From positions 1,675,665 through 1,739,664 of the forward strand of contig JAWQFM010000005.1 in NCBI GenBank assembly GCA_033442325.1: a DNA stretch of 64,000 bases, written 5' to 3'. The notes beneath the pieces were generated by a model. That model was not told the DNA's origin, searched no databases, and worked only from the letters and a program-made list of their open reading frames with translations. A program made the position numbers and the translations under genes. Shown here piece after piece: positions 1-35,295 of this stretch. How positions within the stretch are numbered: position 1 is the first letter of the stretch; the number at the start of each line of letters is the position of its first letter. This DNA comes from Salpingoeca rosetta (lineage: Eukaryota; Protista; Choanoflagellata).

Positions 1-92
<92 letters not shown>
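1..92. repeat. (GT)n microsatellite in a PP2A-B56 intron
   Basis: Direct observation. Confidence 0.97.
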
Positions 93-96
<4 letters not shown>

Positions 97-102
97 GCGT
101 AC

Positions 103-628
103 GTGGAGGAGGAACTGGGTGTGTTCTGGCTTGAGCGGGGTGGCAAACCCGTTGATGATGCTGCCGAAGATCTCAAGCAGCTCGGCGACGCCGTTGTGGT
201 GCTCCGTCTGACACGATGCACAAGTGGTCGCGGTGAGATGATGGGCAGAAGGTGCAGAATGGCGTGCAATGTGGAGGCGTAGACAGGTCGAGGCAAACGA
301 GGCAATGGCCGAATACATGAGTGGGCACACATGTGTAGACGCACACAGACGCATAGACAGACACACAGAAGGACATACACAACGCACACACACACACGTG
401 CAAGCAGTGGCCGACCTCGTAGATGAACTGGTGGAAGATGTGATAAATGTTGCGGCGAATGTAAGGGCGCAGCGACAGAAACTTGCCGTAGATCCTGTTT
501 GGTCGAGCAGGAAAAGGGAGAGGAGGGGTGAGGAGAGGTGATGCGAATAGCAGTTCAGGACACAACAGCGTAACATCCCGAAACCAGCACGATAACACTG
601 CAGCTCGCCTGGTGAGTGAAGCACCCGC

Positions 629-666
<38 letters not shown>

Positions 667-1301
667 GCACAAAATACATACGCACCTGTGGAGGGTGGTT
701 TTGAGAAAGTCGCGCTCGCGTGGGTCTTCGCTGTCAAAGAGGGAGAGAAGGTTGAAGATGAACTTCTGGTTGATGTGGGGTTTGGCCACGGGCACCTCAA
801 AGTCCTTTGACTCGAGGAAGCGCAGGAACAGCTCGTACACCAGCTGCAGGTGCGGCCACGCAGCCTCCAGTGTCGGCTCATCCTGCGAACCAGTCGAGGC
901 AACGCATGTTGGAGATGACAGGGGGGGGGGGGAGAGGGCATATGCGCGCGCGTGAGTGAATGTGAGAGAGTTTGTGTGTGCGTGCTTTCAACAGTGTGTG
1001 TGTGTGTGTGTGTGCTTGTCGTGGTGGCTTTGTTTTGACTGGCCACGCCCGTGTGCGTGCATGAGCAGGGGAGCGCACCTCCTCCGGGTCAAAGAGGGCG
1101 GCGTTTGGGTCCAGCGGCGGCGAAAGCGTGCGGAACAGGTTTATCGAGAACATGTTCACAATCTCCGGGTAGTAGTCCGGCTGCAGCGCCTGTGATGTGT
1201 CATCACATGTGGTGTCATGAAAGGCGCGCGAGCACGCACACGCACACATGTTTGCGCGCGCGTGTGTATATGAACATATGGAATGCGTGAGCATGCGCAT
1301 G

Positions 1302-1353
<52 letters not shown>

Positions 1354-2059
1354 ATGCACCACATGAAGAGAGAACATGACGAAACCAAAAGAGGGGAGGC
1401 GCAGGCGCACGTTTGGGATCTCGGCGAGGTACGTGATCAGCTCGTTCAGTGCAAAGCGCTTGACCTCCTTGGACTTGAGGTCGCTCAGCGACTCCGTAAA
1501 GTCAAACACGGCGCAGCACTGTCGAATCTGTCGTCGTCGAACGATGAAAGGGGGGGGGGTGGTGGTGGAGATGAGCACTTGTGGCAAAGGGGGTAATGAA
1601 TGGAGGTCACCCGCCCACGCAAAACCTCGACTACTAGACAAAGCAGGCACGCATATACACAAACACAACCACGTGTTCGACCACACAACGCACACGCAAC
1701 TCGCACACACACACACACACACAACACAAAGACACACACACACACACACACACGATAAGCATACCTTCTGAATGAAGAGGGTGGGGCGGTCCTTGAGGCT
1801 GGCGCTCATGAGAGCTGGAAGCTTGGTCAACTCTGTCTTGTTCGTCGAGCGGAATCGGGAGGAGTTTGTGCTGCGCTTAACACATCCGCGCATTGTGCAA
1901 TGGGAGATGCGCCGGTTTTGTGTGAGAGGATGACAGTTTGTAGTCGTGCCACAGCGCTAATCTTCCGCTGACCCGCAATCATCATGTCAATCGTAAACAT
2001 CACCAACACACAAACGCACGGACGCACACACGCACAGACACAGACACACACACGCGCGT

Positions 2060-2091
<32 letters not shown>

Positions 2092-2499
2092 ATACACACC
2101 GGCCATCCTTCTTGACGATGGGGATGCGGTCAGCCGCAATCTTCGGCGGGAAGGTGACTGGGGGAGCAGCATTCTTGCTCTTCTTCCCGTGGATGGACTT
2201 GCGGATTCCCAAACCCTGGCACACCCGAGAGCAATCACGTCACGATGAAACAGAGCACGCAAGCACAACCAATGCACGTGCAGGATGAACAGCAGCGGTC
2301 AGTGTCTCAAGAGGCTCATGTGATCGGCTGCTTGCATGCACGAAAGCACCACTTGCAAACCAAGCTGATGCAAAAGTGCATTTCCCTCAGCAGTGCACGC
2401 ATCCCGCATCTACACGCACTCGAAGGCGAGCACGAGGGTGACCCAACATGTGCTTTGACGCACGGTCAGGGGCTAGCCTGCCTGTACCTTCTTTGGCAT
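103..2499 (-). CDS. PPP2R5: Protein phosphatase 2A regulatory subunit B' (B56 family), multi-exon, 3' end beyond the left edge of the window
   Basis: Spliced exons give MPKK|GLGIRKS...|...LFIQK|[30 protein letters not shown]...|...[13 protein letters not shown]...FDPEE|[25 protein letters not shown]...[19 protein letters not shown]|[14 protein letters not shown]...|[29 protein letters not shown], which are hallmark B56 motifs. GT-AG introns. The ATG at 2499 sits in a GCCACCATG context. Confidence 0.95.
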
Positions 2500-2710
2500 G
2501 GTGGCGGATGGAATGCAGATTTACAAGATGCGGCAGACCCTGGGTCGACTGACAAAGGGAAGGGAGAGGCGCCCACTGACAAAGCTACAATCAGCGATCA
2601 ACGCAAAGGCAGCCACGCAAAGCGAGTGAGTCCACGGTGGCAGTGCACTCGCTGGCTGTGTTTGCACCGAGGATGCCCATATGTGTGTGTTTGTGTGTGT
2701 ATGCCGTGTT

Positions 2711-2800
<90 letters not shown>

Positions 2801-3797
2801 GTGTCGTCAAGACACGCACAAGCACACCAACAACAACAGGGTGCAAGCAGGAGCCCCACCACCACCAGCGCCACCCACAACCAACACCAGGCACAACCAA
2901 CACCACCGACAACAGCAGCGATCAGGATCGGCTGATGTTTTCAGACGCAGAAGAAACCAAACAAGAACCACCCCACCAACCAATACAAATCAAACGCCAA
3001 CAACCACACGTACACACAACAGACAAACACGCACCTGTACGCCCAAAGACTAGCCACACGTACACGCAAACAACACAACACAACACAACACAACACCCAC
3101 ACACACACCTCTCACTCACTCTCTCTTTCTCTGTGTAGATAGAAGGAAGGCGAGCACGTCGGAAGCACAGAAGCCTGGCTGGCTCACCTGCGATGCTGCT
3201 GCGGCTGCTCTGGGTTGTTGGTTGGTCGGTTGCTTCTTCTTCTTCCGTTTGTTGTTTTGGTGCAGAAGAGAGGAAGAGGAATCAAAATATTTTGTTGTTT
3301 TATTCTGCTCCCTGTGATGTTTTGTTGTGGTGGTTGTGTGGGACGGGCCCAGAAGCAGGCCAGCCACACAAGCAACATCGCAAAGACGAGGATTCACGAA
3401 TGCTTTGGGTCATATTTCCGCGTTTCACCCGGGAAGTTCAAACCGAGGATGATGATGACGTTCTGTTGTGTAACTGTGCGTGTGCACGACTGCACGACAG
3501 TCGGGGGTGTTTGTAACACTCCACCAGCGACACATCCCTTCCATCCATGGTGGTGTGCACACACACACACACACCCCTATCACAACTCTGCATTTCCCAC
3601 AAGGCCAGCACAGCTGCCACATTTAACACCAACATACTGTTGTAACACCAGACCAACAAGCAAGCAAGCAAGTCGCAGGAACGCTTGGGAACACCAAGCA
3701 CACCCACAGAACCCTTCCTTCCTTCCCTCCCTCCCCCCTTTTCCTTCCTTCTTTCTCCCCTTTCCTTCCTTCTTTCTGTCCCCTCCCCCTGTGAAAG

Positions 3798-5136
3798 ATG
3801 ACGGGCAGTTGTGGCAAGAACAGCATGAGCTATGCTGCTTGCGTTGGCATTCGCGCCACGGAGCCCGTGAGGCCGCAGCCGACAGGAACACCACCGACAA
3901 CACCACCGACAACTGTGCTGACAAGGCAGACGCAGCGTGTGAGCGCCGCCACCGCCTGGCACCAGCTCCTGCCGTTCTTGGACGCAGTCACGGAATCCTG
4001 GGCCAAGCACGCAACCCATACCTGTCAAGGCAGTGGTGATGATGCCGACTCAGCTTCCACGACATCAAGCTCCGACTCGGACTCAGTCGCCTCCCTCTGC
4101 TTCCACCACCACGACCGCCACCACGACGCCCAATCCCCAAAACACCAGGAACAGCAGGCATGGGAGAAAACCAACAAAACGCTAAACTGCAACGCCGCCA
4201 ACAATGACAAAGTGGATGATGACGATGATGATGACGTCGATGATGACGTCGGTTTGGAAGACGACAACCACGCACCTTTGCTCGGCGAACAGCGCCTGCG
4301 CCAGAGGATTTCAGAAGGCCTGCTCACGGCTGCACTCCGCAATGACCCGCGCTTTGCACCCGAGACCAAACTCCCCCGCCACACATACGCAAGCTCAGTG
4401 ACCAGCTGCAGCACACCCACCGAACAACACACTGAGGACGTGTGTGCGCTGACGGCGGATGCGCTCCTGGTGCTGCAGTCGCAGCTGACGGAGGTACTTG
4501 GCGATTCCCAATGGGCACCGGCAGCGATGAGCGGAGAAGGCTCGCCGTCCACACCGCTTGCTGATGACGCCAACGCAGCGCAGCTGCATGAGGATGATGA
4601 GGATGCCGAGGATGCTGAGGTGGAGGAGACAGCGCAACACAAGTTGTGGGATCGGTGGGATGAGGTGGGCGAGCGATGGGAGGTGCATGCGCTGAACCGC
4701 AAGCGCGGATTCAACGTGTGCCGGTCAACACGCCGCAACAGCCACCTGCGACGCTTCGAGCGCACCGACATCCGCGCAGCACGCTGCAAGAAGCACAAGA
4801 GCGCATGGCTTGAGAAGAAGAAGGCGAGGATTGCCACGAACAAGCTCGAGCACCCACACAAGGGCATTTCTGCCCAGCGCAGGGAATACGATGCATCGCT
4901 CAACTTTGGGTGGCAGCGGGGCCCAGCTACACAGCAGAACGAAGTCAACTGGGTGGATGTGATCCCGTACAACGGCGGCGTTGTTGAGCCAGTCGAGCGA
5001 GTGCAGCGCGAATCACGTGCCATCTATCGCTACCAAGTGCCAGCCGCACGACCAACCACAGCCATCACACGCAACACCGCCCCCGCAGGGTATGCACTTG
5101 TGTGTGTGTGTGTGTGGGGGGGGGGCGACGTGTGTG

Positions 5137-5217
<81 letters not shown>

Positions 5218-6092
5218 ACGTGTGTGTGGACGTGTGTGTGGACGTGTGCTCTGCGTCTACGATTGACTGTGGTTGATATATTCCACAATGTATGCATGCG
5301 TGTGTGTTCCACAGAGCGACACCACTAGAGCGGTTGCTTGTTGACCTCCAATACAGGGACGCGCGACCAGAGGACTACGAGCTCCTGCTCCAGCTCGACG
5401 AATCAGTCAAGCCAAAGTGCGCTTTTGCGGGCCGTGGTTGTGGGCTTGTGTCACACACTCTGCGTATGTGTGTGTGTGTGTGTGAACAAGCAGAGGGGTA
5501 TGTATACGTTCCCGATGAGCGTGAATGCTTGGTGTGAGGGTGAATGGAAAGAGGAACAACTCACTGTAGTGTTGTGCGTTTCGTTCCGTGTGCTTGCACC
5601 GCCACGCTCACCACCACTACCACCACCACCACCATCAGAACGCTGACTCGTGATGCCTTGTCCAAGTTCCGTGACGTTGTGCCCAGCGTCCAAGTGCCAG
5701 CACCGGCACCAACAGCGGCCACCGTCGAGACCCCCACGAGTGACAACCGCAATGGCAGTGGGCCCACGCCAACATCTGGCTCGCCAACCAACACCAGCAC
5801 AACTGCAAAGGGTGACAATGACGCCCCTGCAGCGAGTGCGGAAGACGACGACAACAACAACAACAGCAAGAGCACGACCAGCAGCAAGGTGCGTAAGCGT
5901 GGCGTGGAGCCACGGCACGCTGCGGACGAATGCCCCATCTGCTTGGAGGCGATGGGAGCGTCACAGGTTGTCAAGCAGCTGCCGTGTGGACATGTGTTCC
6001 ACTGCCACTGCATTGAAGCTTGGCTGCTGAACTACGGCATCACCTGCCCGCTCGACAACATCTCGCTCGAGGACATGCTCGAGTCTGCATAA
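3798..6092 (+). CDS. RING-H2 finger protein (putative E3 ubiquitin ligase), about 3 exons (3798-~5089, ~5315-5417, ~5638-6092)
   Basis: C-terminal CPICLE...QLPCGHVFHCHCIEAWL...TCPLD is a C3H2C3-type RING with Asp at the last ligand. It is preceded by an LQYRDARPEDYELLLQLDE motif of the kind often seen upstream of RING-H2 domains. The N-terminus is acidic and low-complexity. Confidence 0.85.
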
Positions 6093-6565
6093 GCGCAGTG
6101 CGTGCGCCGTGTGTTGGCTCTGCCTCTGTGCATATGCGTGCGTGCATGGTTCGTGTGCGTGTGTGCATGATTGTGTGTGTGTGTGTGTGCTGTGACTGTG
6201 TCCCTATGTGTGTTTGTGTGTTTGCGTGTGTGTTACTATGTGTATTTGTGTGTTTGCGTGTTGGCTTCGATCTTCATCGATCTTGTTGAAGTATGTATTG
6301 TCGTTGTCTCCCTGGCTGGCACAGGTGTATGTTGGTGTTTGGTGTTTATTTTGTTATGTTACAGCTTCCGTAACCACCGTCGTATACAACAGCAATGCAA
6401 TCCGCACCATCAGCGCAAACAAAACAACACTCCATGTACAATCAATCACATACCATCTATCTGTCAAGTATGGGTCCACGGGAGGAGCGACCGCAACCCA
6501 CAAATGCGCACGCGTCCACACACGTGCAAGCTTCATGCTTGCGGCAGCGACGAATGCGGGAGCTG

Positions 6566-8174
6566 CTACTTATGTATGACATAGTTGGGGTGCATGTCGT
6601 GCCCCTCTGTGAACAAGCTGGTGAAGGGCGCGCCGCTGTCGTACCGGTACGGCTGTCGTAACAACGGCCCCGCCAAGTCGGCCCATGGGTCTTCGTGCAT
6701 CGTCTCGTATCCGGTCATGAGGGCGATGGCAAACATGGCCATGTCGCAGTGCCGCTGCCATGGCTCATAGCAGCGGAACTTGGTGAACTTCCGCTCCTCA
6801 TACAGCTTGACAACGTGTGTGAGCAGGCGGAGGACAGCGTCGTATTTGCCGCCGACGACACCGCAGTTGAGGGTCATGGCGTCCCCGAACCATGGTTCAT
6901 AGGGCAGCTGCCCATACGCCTCCGCGCACCACTCCAGCACCTCCCACGTGAACCTGTGTGCGTATGTGTATGTGTGTGTGTGTGTGTGTGATGTGCGTAA
7001 GTGTGTGTGTGTGTGTGCGATGTGTGTGCGATGTGTATGCGTGTGTGCGTACGTGTGTGTGTGTGTGATGTGTGTGCGTAAGTGTGTGTTTGCGTGGATG
7101 TGTGCCAGGTCGAGGCATGCAGCGGTACTCGTGTGAAGAGCGGTAGCAGCAACACAGCAGGTGCTCTGCTGTTCATCACCACCAGACGACGTACGGGTTG
7201 TTCTTGTAGGCGTAACGGTCTGCGCCGATGAAGATCTCGATATCCGGGCGCGCGCGCATTGCAGAGAACGGATCGCGGCGAAACCTGCACGGTATGGGGC
7301 GAGGCGGGGCAGTGGATGAGTTGGATGGATGGTCGTTGTGTGTGTATGTACATGTGTGTGTGTGTTACAATCAGGGAAGTTGTGGTGGAAGAGGCGAGAA
7401 CAACGCAGCAGACCAGCAGACAGACACGCATACACACGCACGCATACACACACACACACAGACACACACACAGGCACACACACCTGACGTCGTGGAGGTC
7501 TGTCATGAGCACAAAGTCGTAGACGGCGTCTGAGCGGTCGAGATATTCCTTAAAGAGCACAAAGCGCACGTCGTTGGGCGACTGCTTGAAGTGGATGTCG
7601 GAGCTCGGGTCAAGCTGCACCTTCTCAAACCTGCACACGCGGTTGCACAAGCGAGATCCGGCGGGGTGAGGGACAAATGTGGCACGTGAGTCCCTTTTTG
7701 GTGCACATTGGCGCACGTAGGAGGTACACAGGAGGTACACAAGGGGTCCACGCAGGAGGTACACAGGAGGTACAGAGATGTGTACACATGCACACATACA
7801 CGCGCACGCACACACATACACACACATACACATACATACACATACATGCACATACACATACACATACTCACGCACATACACACACACGTACTTGATGCGG
7901 TCGTTCTGGAGAACGTCGACAATCTCGCGTGGAAGGCAGTCGTGGAGGATGACTCCGTTCAACCCCTGCGTCATCACGCTCTCATACCACCTGAGAATGA
8001 GCAGCCGAAGGCGGCAAAGGAGAATGAGGCGGAGGTGAACGTCATGTGAAGCGTGGCGTGAACGTATTTGGCGAGTTGATGAAGCAGCCTCAGATGCATT
8101 CGCGCGCACGCGCGTGTGTGTATGTGCATGTGTGTGTGTGCATGTGTGCGTGTGTGTGTGCATGGGTGTGTGTG

Positions 8175-8217
<43 letters not shown>

Positions 8218-8278
8218 GTGTGCGACTCTGTGTGTGTGTGTGTGTGTATGTGTGTGTGAGTGTGTAAGTGTGCGACTC

Positions 8279-8310
<32 letters not shown>

Positions 8311-9206
8311 TGTGTGTGTGTATAGCAAGGCGATGACCTGACCTGGAGAGATATTTGATATTCGTGCACGGCTGATCGGGCACTGCAGACTCGCCCGGTT
8401 TGAACTTGAGCCACGACGACAACACCACTGCCGCGCGCTGTATCATGTCATATACGTGTGTGGGAGCTGAGTTGTGTGAGTTGGTGCTTCGTCGCATGCT
8501 CACGTTATGTCAGGAAGAGTAGAGAACACACACGCACACATGCACACACGCACACACACACACATACGCACGAAGGTTTATAAAGACACACGCACACGCA
8601 CAAACACGCACAAACACACACAAGGACACATCACACACGTGTGCGTACGTCTTGAGGGTCGTGGAAGCGCTTGACCCATTGCCACTTGGCTGAGCAACTG
8701 GCGATGAATGCGGACGCCACTTCAACGGCGTCCTGCGTACTGGGCGTGTCAGGTAGAGATGCCTGGCAAGCAGGGAACATGTCTCGCTTGAAGTAGGCAA
8801 AGTCACCAATCCCCTGCGCGCTGGTGTCGTTAACGGTGTGCTGGAAGATGAGGTCCTTGTAGACCTCTGCGTGGTCCCCTTCTGCGTCAAAGGGGTCGAT
8901 GCGCGTGTGTTTGTTGCGCTGCCCCTTGTGCAGGCCCTGCAGGAAGTCGCTATCGGTGGCGCAGTAGCAGTGCTTGCAGCAAGTGGGGTTGAACCCACGC
9001 CCGGATGGCTGATTGTTGTTGTAGAACTGCAGAATCTGCAGTCCACGCGGCTTGTACTCGGGCTTGCACACACAAAAGTCGCCCTTGGACGTCTTCAGCT
9101 TGGTCCCACGAGGCACACACGCCCGGTGCATCGCCTCCACAGCGGCAGGTGCCAAGCACACCACCAGCGCCGTCACCAGCGCCAAAGCACCCGCTTTTCT
9201 CATCAT
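6566..9206 (-). CDS. Secretory-pathway protein, putative GT-A-fold glycosyltransferase-like, multi-exon
   Basis: N-terminal signal/anchor MMRKAGALALVTALVVCLAPAAVEA. Downstream exons give RFVLFKEYL...YDFVLMTDLHDV|RFRRDPF...IFIG, LNCGVVGG, CDMAMF and C-terminal YVIHK. The TDxxDV (DxD-like) and N-x-G motifs fit a GT-A fold; the family assignment is an inference. Confidence 0.6.
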
Positions 9207-9572
9207 TGTTGGTTTTGTTGCCTTGAAGCAAGCTAAATTGCGCTTTCTGCTGTTCATCCACTTCAGCACTCCGACCCCACCACCTTCCAAGCAAATCCCA
9301 AGCCTCTAAAGGAGAGGTCACTGGGTCAGGCTACTAGCAGGCTCTCACTGTCTAACAGTCTAATGAACAGAGAGACAAGGAATATGCTTCTTTTGCGCTG
9401 CATGCAGGAGCGCACAGCTGAGCTATGGCTTCCTTCTTCGTTCCCAGGTTCCCCAAGCCTCCTCGAGCCCTTCAGCCTTTCTCCCTCCAGCCCTCCGCGC
9501 CATACATTGACACATTAACACTGAACTTTCCTTCTTGTGATAACAACCTCCTCTAGTCCTAGAGTCCCCTGC

Positions 9573-11396
<1,824 letters not shown>

Positions 11397-11621
11397 GCCT
11401 TGGACGTGCGAAGGTGCGGGTGGTGCTGTTGTGGTGTGAGTGGAAGGACCAACCAACAAAACAAGAGAAAACAGCGAACAAGGCTGCTGCGACACCACAA
11501 TTCTTTGGAGATAAGTATGCAAAATTATTCGCAAAATATCACCAAGAGCGGCTCGCCCAATCCATGCATTTTCTCCCCCTCGCTCGTCGCACTTGCTGTC
11601 ATATTGGTTGGTGGTGCCCGG
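11397..11621. promoter_or_regulatory. Short divergent intergenic region, likely bidirectional promoter (sulfotransferase / TAF3-like)
   Basis: Head-to-head candidate start codons at 11396 (-) and 11622 (+), only ~225 bp apart. Confidence 0.45.
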
Positions 11622-17625
<6,004 letters not shown>

Positions 17626-17674
17626 CTGTGTTGCACGCGTAAATTGCGCGCATGCACACACATCCGCACACATT

Positions 17675-17767
<93 letters not shown>

Positions 17768-17982
17768 CTCTCTTTGTTGCATCTCTGTGTCTATTTTACT
17801 GCCGCGCGCTGGTTTGGCGAAAAGTTCATGTGCTTCCCTCTTGCTAATGGAACTGTATCGACGAATCCATAAACCGACATTGCAATTTTTAATGTCCAGC
17901 CCACAGCGAAGAGCCAATGGTCGTGATCACAATCGCGCAGACAAAACGAACTCACGCACGTGCGGATGTGTGCATGTGTCCA

Positions 17983-19126
17983 TTACCGCCGTCGCCTGTG
18001 CCGTGATTTTGACGACGACGATGAGGATGAAGACGACGAAGACGACCTGCGTTGCTCCTGGGTGATGAGCAGTGCGGAGGCAGAGCCATCCACGCCCGTC
18101 TGCGCAAACGCTTTCGACTGCAGTGGAGGAGAAGTGGAGGCAGGCAGCAATGAATCAGACCCGTGCTTGGGTAATTGCAAACCAAAGCCCCCCCCCCACA
18201 CACACACACACTTACTTGACGAAGGTGCATTTGCAAGTCTGAGATTTCTGCCTTTGTTGCTTCAATATCACGTTTTAGTTGCGCAATGCTGACGTTGGTG
18301 GAGGTGCGTTCCTGCGACACGCGCGCACCGGCTGCCTCTCGCTCAGCCTGCAATTGCTGGCGCTCCTAGGGACATTCAAGCAATCGCCCAATGCGTGCAT
18401 GAGTCAGGTCCAATGCACACAAATGCACACAGACACACACAGACAAACAAACACACAGACACAGACAAACACACACACACACCAAACATGCGCGCACCTT
18501 CTTGAGGGCAGTGAGTTTGCTCATTTCTTGGCCAAATGTCTCCGTGAGGGCATCCACTTCTGCCTCCATGTTCTTTTCCTGGTGCTGCAGCGCTTGCAGT
18601 TGCGACGACACAGACGCGATCATGGCGTTCATCTGCGAAATGTCCTGCTGAAGCTCGCGCGACTGTAATTGTGTGGGAGCGTGTGTGGGAGCGTGTGTGG
18701 GAGCGTGGGTGGGAGAAAAAAAGCGGGAGTGTGCGTGGGAGTGTGTTTGGCAGTGTGTGTGAGTGAATGTGCGTGGGAGTGTGCGAGTGATCAATCAAAT
18801 CAAGAACAAAGGCGCATTCTCATTCTCAGGAGTGCGCGTGTTGAATGCGTGTGCTCGGGACAGAATGGCGTGTGCAGTGGTGACCACGTACGCCGGTGTC
18901 GAGGTGCCTGTGAAGACGATCGATGCGGCCAATGTAGAACTCGCGTTGCGTTGAGAGCTGGACAGAGAGCAGCGACACGTAATCATCAAGCAGTGCCTCT
19001 TGCTTCTGCTTGTCCTGCACCGCCTCGCACTGAATACGCGCCAGCAGGGGCCCGATACGGTTGTGGGGCAGCTGAGAGCGTGAAATGATACACCGTGCAA
19101 ACAAGGCATGATCGTTTCCTCCCGAC

Positions 19127-19206
<80 letters not shown>

Positions 19207-19688
19207 CGGACGTGCCACCACCGCCTGGCAAGTAGTGCACGTAGCGATCACCACTAAAGTCCCAGATTCGCCCGTTTTCGAGCTGTTGCGGTGGTGTGCA
19301 ATGGAAGGAGTGCAGCGACAGGCAGCCGTTGAGGGCTGAGGCAACAGATCAAGGATGCAAGTGATAGGCTGGCGCGATGACAAGTGGGCGCTTGTGCTTT
19401 CTTCGTCTCCGTCTTCACCCACCTCCAACGCGAATCGATGCAGTGCGTCGGTGTGTTTGAAGTGGGTGACGGTGTGCGCGTTTTTGGTTCGACCGCAGAA
19501 ATAGCGACCGCACAGCAAGCACATGCACACGCCTTGGCCTTCCTTGCACACCTCGCACACGGGTGAGCTGCCATGTAACACGCGCGTTCAGAACAAGGCA
19601 GTTGCTGATGTGAGACTACAGCGTGTGTGTGCATGTGTGGTTGTATGCGAACATCTGCGTCCAATATACGCGACAAACCCGGTGCAAT

Positions 19689-19733
<45 letters not shown>

Positions 19734-19933
19734 GTTGAAGCGGCTGGATCAATGCATGCGACCGGGCTGGCAGTGCCGTCACCGAGCGCTGCGTCTCTTC
19801 TCTCGCGGTACTGGCGTGATGCAAACGGCCATGTAGGTCAAGTGCGTAGCGCGTGTGTGGTGGAAAGAAGGAGAACGGGAAGGTGTTGAGCGTTTGGGAG
19901 CAGTACATCTGGGTGCTCAAGCTAAAAACGCAG

Positions 19934-20008
<75 letters not shown>

Positions 20009-20034
20009 GCACACACACATACATACACACAGAC

Positions 20035-20089
<55 letters not shown>

Positions 20090-20876
20090 ATGGTTGGGAC
20101 GATGTGTGCCACGGGTTCGTCGAGGAGGAGCAAGCAGGGGAGGGCACCGGGGAGGACAGCCCGCAAACTGCTCTCTCGCGCAATCACAGGAACATCCACA
20201 TCGCGCACGAGCATCTGGAAACGACAAGCACATCACCGTACAGCGATGAGCAAAGTGCTGGTTGGGATAACCCTAGTTGTACATGACACACACACACACA
20301 GACACACACAAACACAGACACACACACATTCGCTGCGAGACTCACGCAGTTGATCATTGGCAAGCAGAGGCAGACGTAGCGGGCATCAGCGCCGGGGAAA
20401 CTCTGGCCCGTGTAAGTGTCACAGATGTCCTTGCACGCAGCAGCACCGTCAAGACTGAGGATGATCTGCAGAGGGGGGGGGGGTAATAGTCCAGGATTGG
20501 CAATGTCAGCAAACGGTTGCGTGAAGGGAAGGAGACGCATGCACGCGTGAGTGTGTGCAAACATGACTGAGTGAATGTTCGCAAGACAACGCCACGCGAA
20601 TACAACTGGTTGGCTCACCACTGCGTTTGGGGACTGTGTTGGTGCGTTGCTGAACTGAAGCAAGGTCACAGAGTGGAGTTGACACTCAATTGGGCCCAGG
20701 AACTGAAGGTACTTCTCCCTAAGAACGTGTGGATGCAGGGGATGGTTCGCATGATGACTGGTGAGGTTGAGTGTGGGAAGGCAAACACAAAATGCAACAG
20801 CACAACAGCACAGCAGCACGAGTACATGTGCATCTGTCCCTGCATCCATGCAAGCGTAGACACAGCAGAACCCCCC

Positions 20877-20911
<35 letters not shown>

Positions 20912-21390
20912 TCACTCACTCACTCACTCACACACTCACTCACACTCTCACTCACTCACGGAGGTTGGTTTGGTGGACAGCCCAGTAAGAGGACGTGCTG
21001 TCGGTGTAAGCGGCGGTCTGAAACTGCATGTGCCTCTTCGGCCTGAGAGGCAATGCCACCGCTGCTGCTGGCAGCAGCGACCCTGGTGTGATCTGCAAGC
21101 ATGACGTGCCCTGCAATTGACGCCGGCCCGTGTCTGCAGCCCAGTATGGGCGTGATGGTCACATGTGGTTTCGCAGGCGACACTTCGTCCTCTTGTTCAT
21201 CCGCAACGCTCTCCTTCTCCTTCTCTCTGCCTTGTTCTTCTTCTTCCCCTTCTCCGCCCTGTTCCGCGCTCAGCTGCATCGCCGGCATCATGCACTCCCT
21301 GCACTGCACATCATACCCTCCAACACCGTCTCCTTCCTGCCAATTGTCACCCCCACCACCGGCAACAAGCAGCAGCGAGACGTGAGCCAT
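17983..21390 (-). CDS. BRAP: BRAP/IMP (BRCA1-associated protein)-like: BRAP2 domain, zf-UBP, coiled coil
   Basis: BRAP2-like exons LQFLGPIECQLHSVTLL and IILSLDGAAACKDICDTYTGQSF; zf-UBP CEVC...MCLLCGRYFCGRTKNAHTVTHFKHT...HRFAL (~19420-19560); EALLDDYVSLLSVQLSTQREFY resembles BRAP LLTSQLESQR; C-terminal coiled coil ending SKSRHRRRR. Confidence 0.7.
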
Positions 21391-21667
21391 GCCAAAGCGT
21401 GCGCGCAACGGGCGTGTGTGCTACACAGTCCTTCCAATTCGTTTGTTGTCAATCGCGAGGAAAAAACAAAAGAGAGAAGAGCAGAAGGAAACAACAAGAG
21501 GAGACCTTGATTGCAGTGGTGTTGGGGATCGTGTGTGCGTGTGTGTGTGTGTGTGTGTGTGGTGTCGTGTGGTGTTGTGTGGTGCAGGGCATGCAAGCAA
21601 ACAGCTGCTGTGAAGGGCTGAGGCACACCCAGGCGACGCACAAGAGAACACAAGCACCTTCGTCGCC

Positions 21668-30393
<8,726 letters not shown>

Positions 30394-31158
30394 AGCCGAA
30401 AGGAGAACGTGGAACGAACTGGAGTTGGCATGGCATGCATGATAACTGCGTGTCAAGCGATATTATTCGCTGGGAACAGCTCTGTTTGACTTGCTGTTTT
30501 GTTCATGCGTATTGCATGTGATAGTGTGACCCCTGTGCAATGGATTCTGATTTTTTTTTTTTTTTTGGGTTGGGGGTGGGGGTGGGGACAAAGTGTGATT
30601 GATTCACTCAGACACGTAACGGACTCGCCTGCTTATACTTCCTTGCTTCCAATGCCAATGTGTGTGCCACGTTAGCGGTGTGATCTTTTGACTTTCTCTT
30701 CGCCCATCACCCACATGTGGACCTGCGTTGTTGGCATCGTTTTGTTTCTCTGGTGCGTGGGCTTACACGCACCTCCGTATGCATGAAGAAGTAAATGAAT
30801 GAAAGGGGTTGGCGTGTCACTGTCTTTGTGCAGCACTGAACCACGAATGGTCCGGGTTGCTCTCTATATGTTGTTGCAGCTGCTGTTTACGAAGGCGAAA
30901 GCGAAGCACAGACAGCACGTGCCCATGTCAACATGTGCTGCTGGTCACAAGCAAGGCGACCGTTCAGACGCAAGGGAAGTGCACAATCTGTAAAGACCGA
31001 AAGCTCACACGTCAACTCGAACAAAACATCAAACGAAATGAGGCAACCAAAACGCCGCGCACATGGAGAATGCAAAGACCAAGGGTAGGTTGCCTTGATT
31101 GGTGTACTGGAGTGTTTGAGACAAAAGCAGGGTGATGGTCATGAATTTGATGATGACG

Positions 31159-31214
<56 letters not shown>

Positions 31215-31343
31215 GCTGCTGCAGCTGACAGTAACACACTGTTTGTCAACAGGCGAACAAATCAGCTCACGTTAGACACATGGGTGTGTGTGTGTGACAA
31301 TGCGTGCGTGCACTGACACCCGACTTCGTGGGCTCAGCAGCCG

Positions 31344-35295
<3,952 letters not shown>

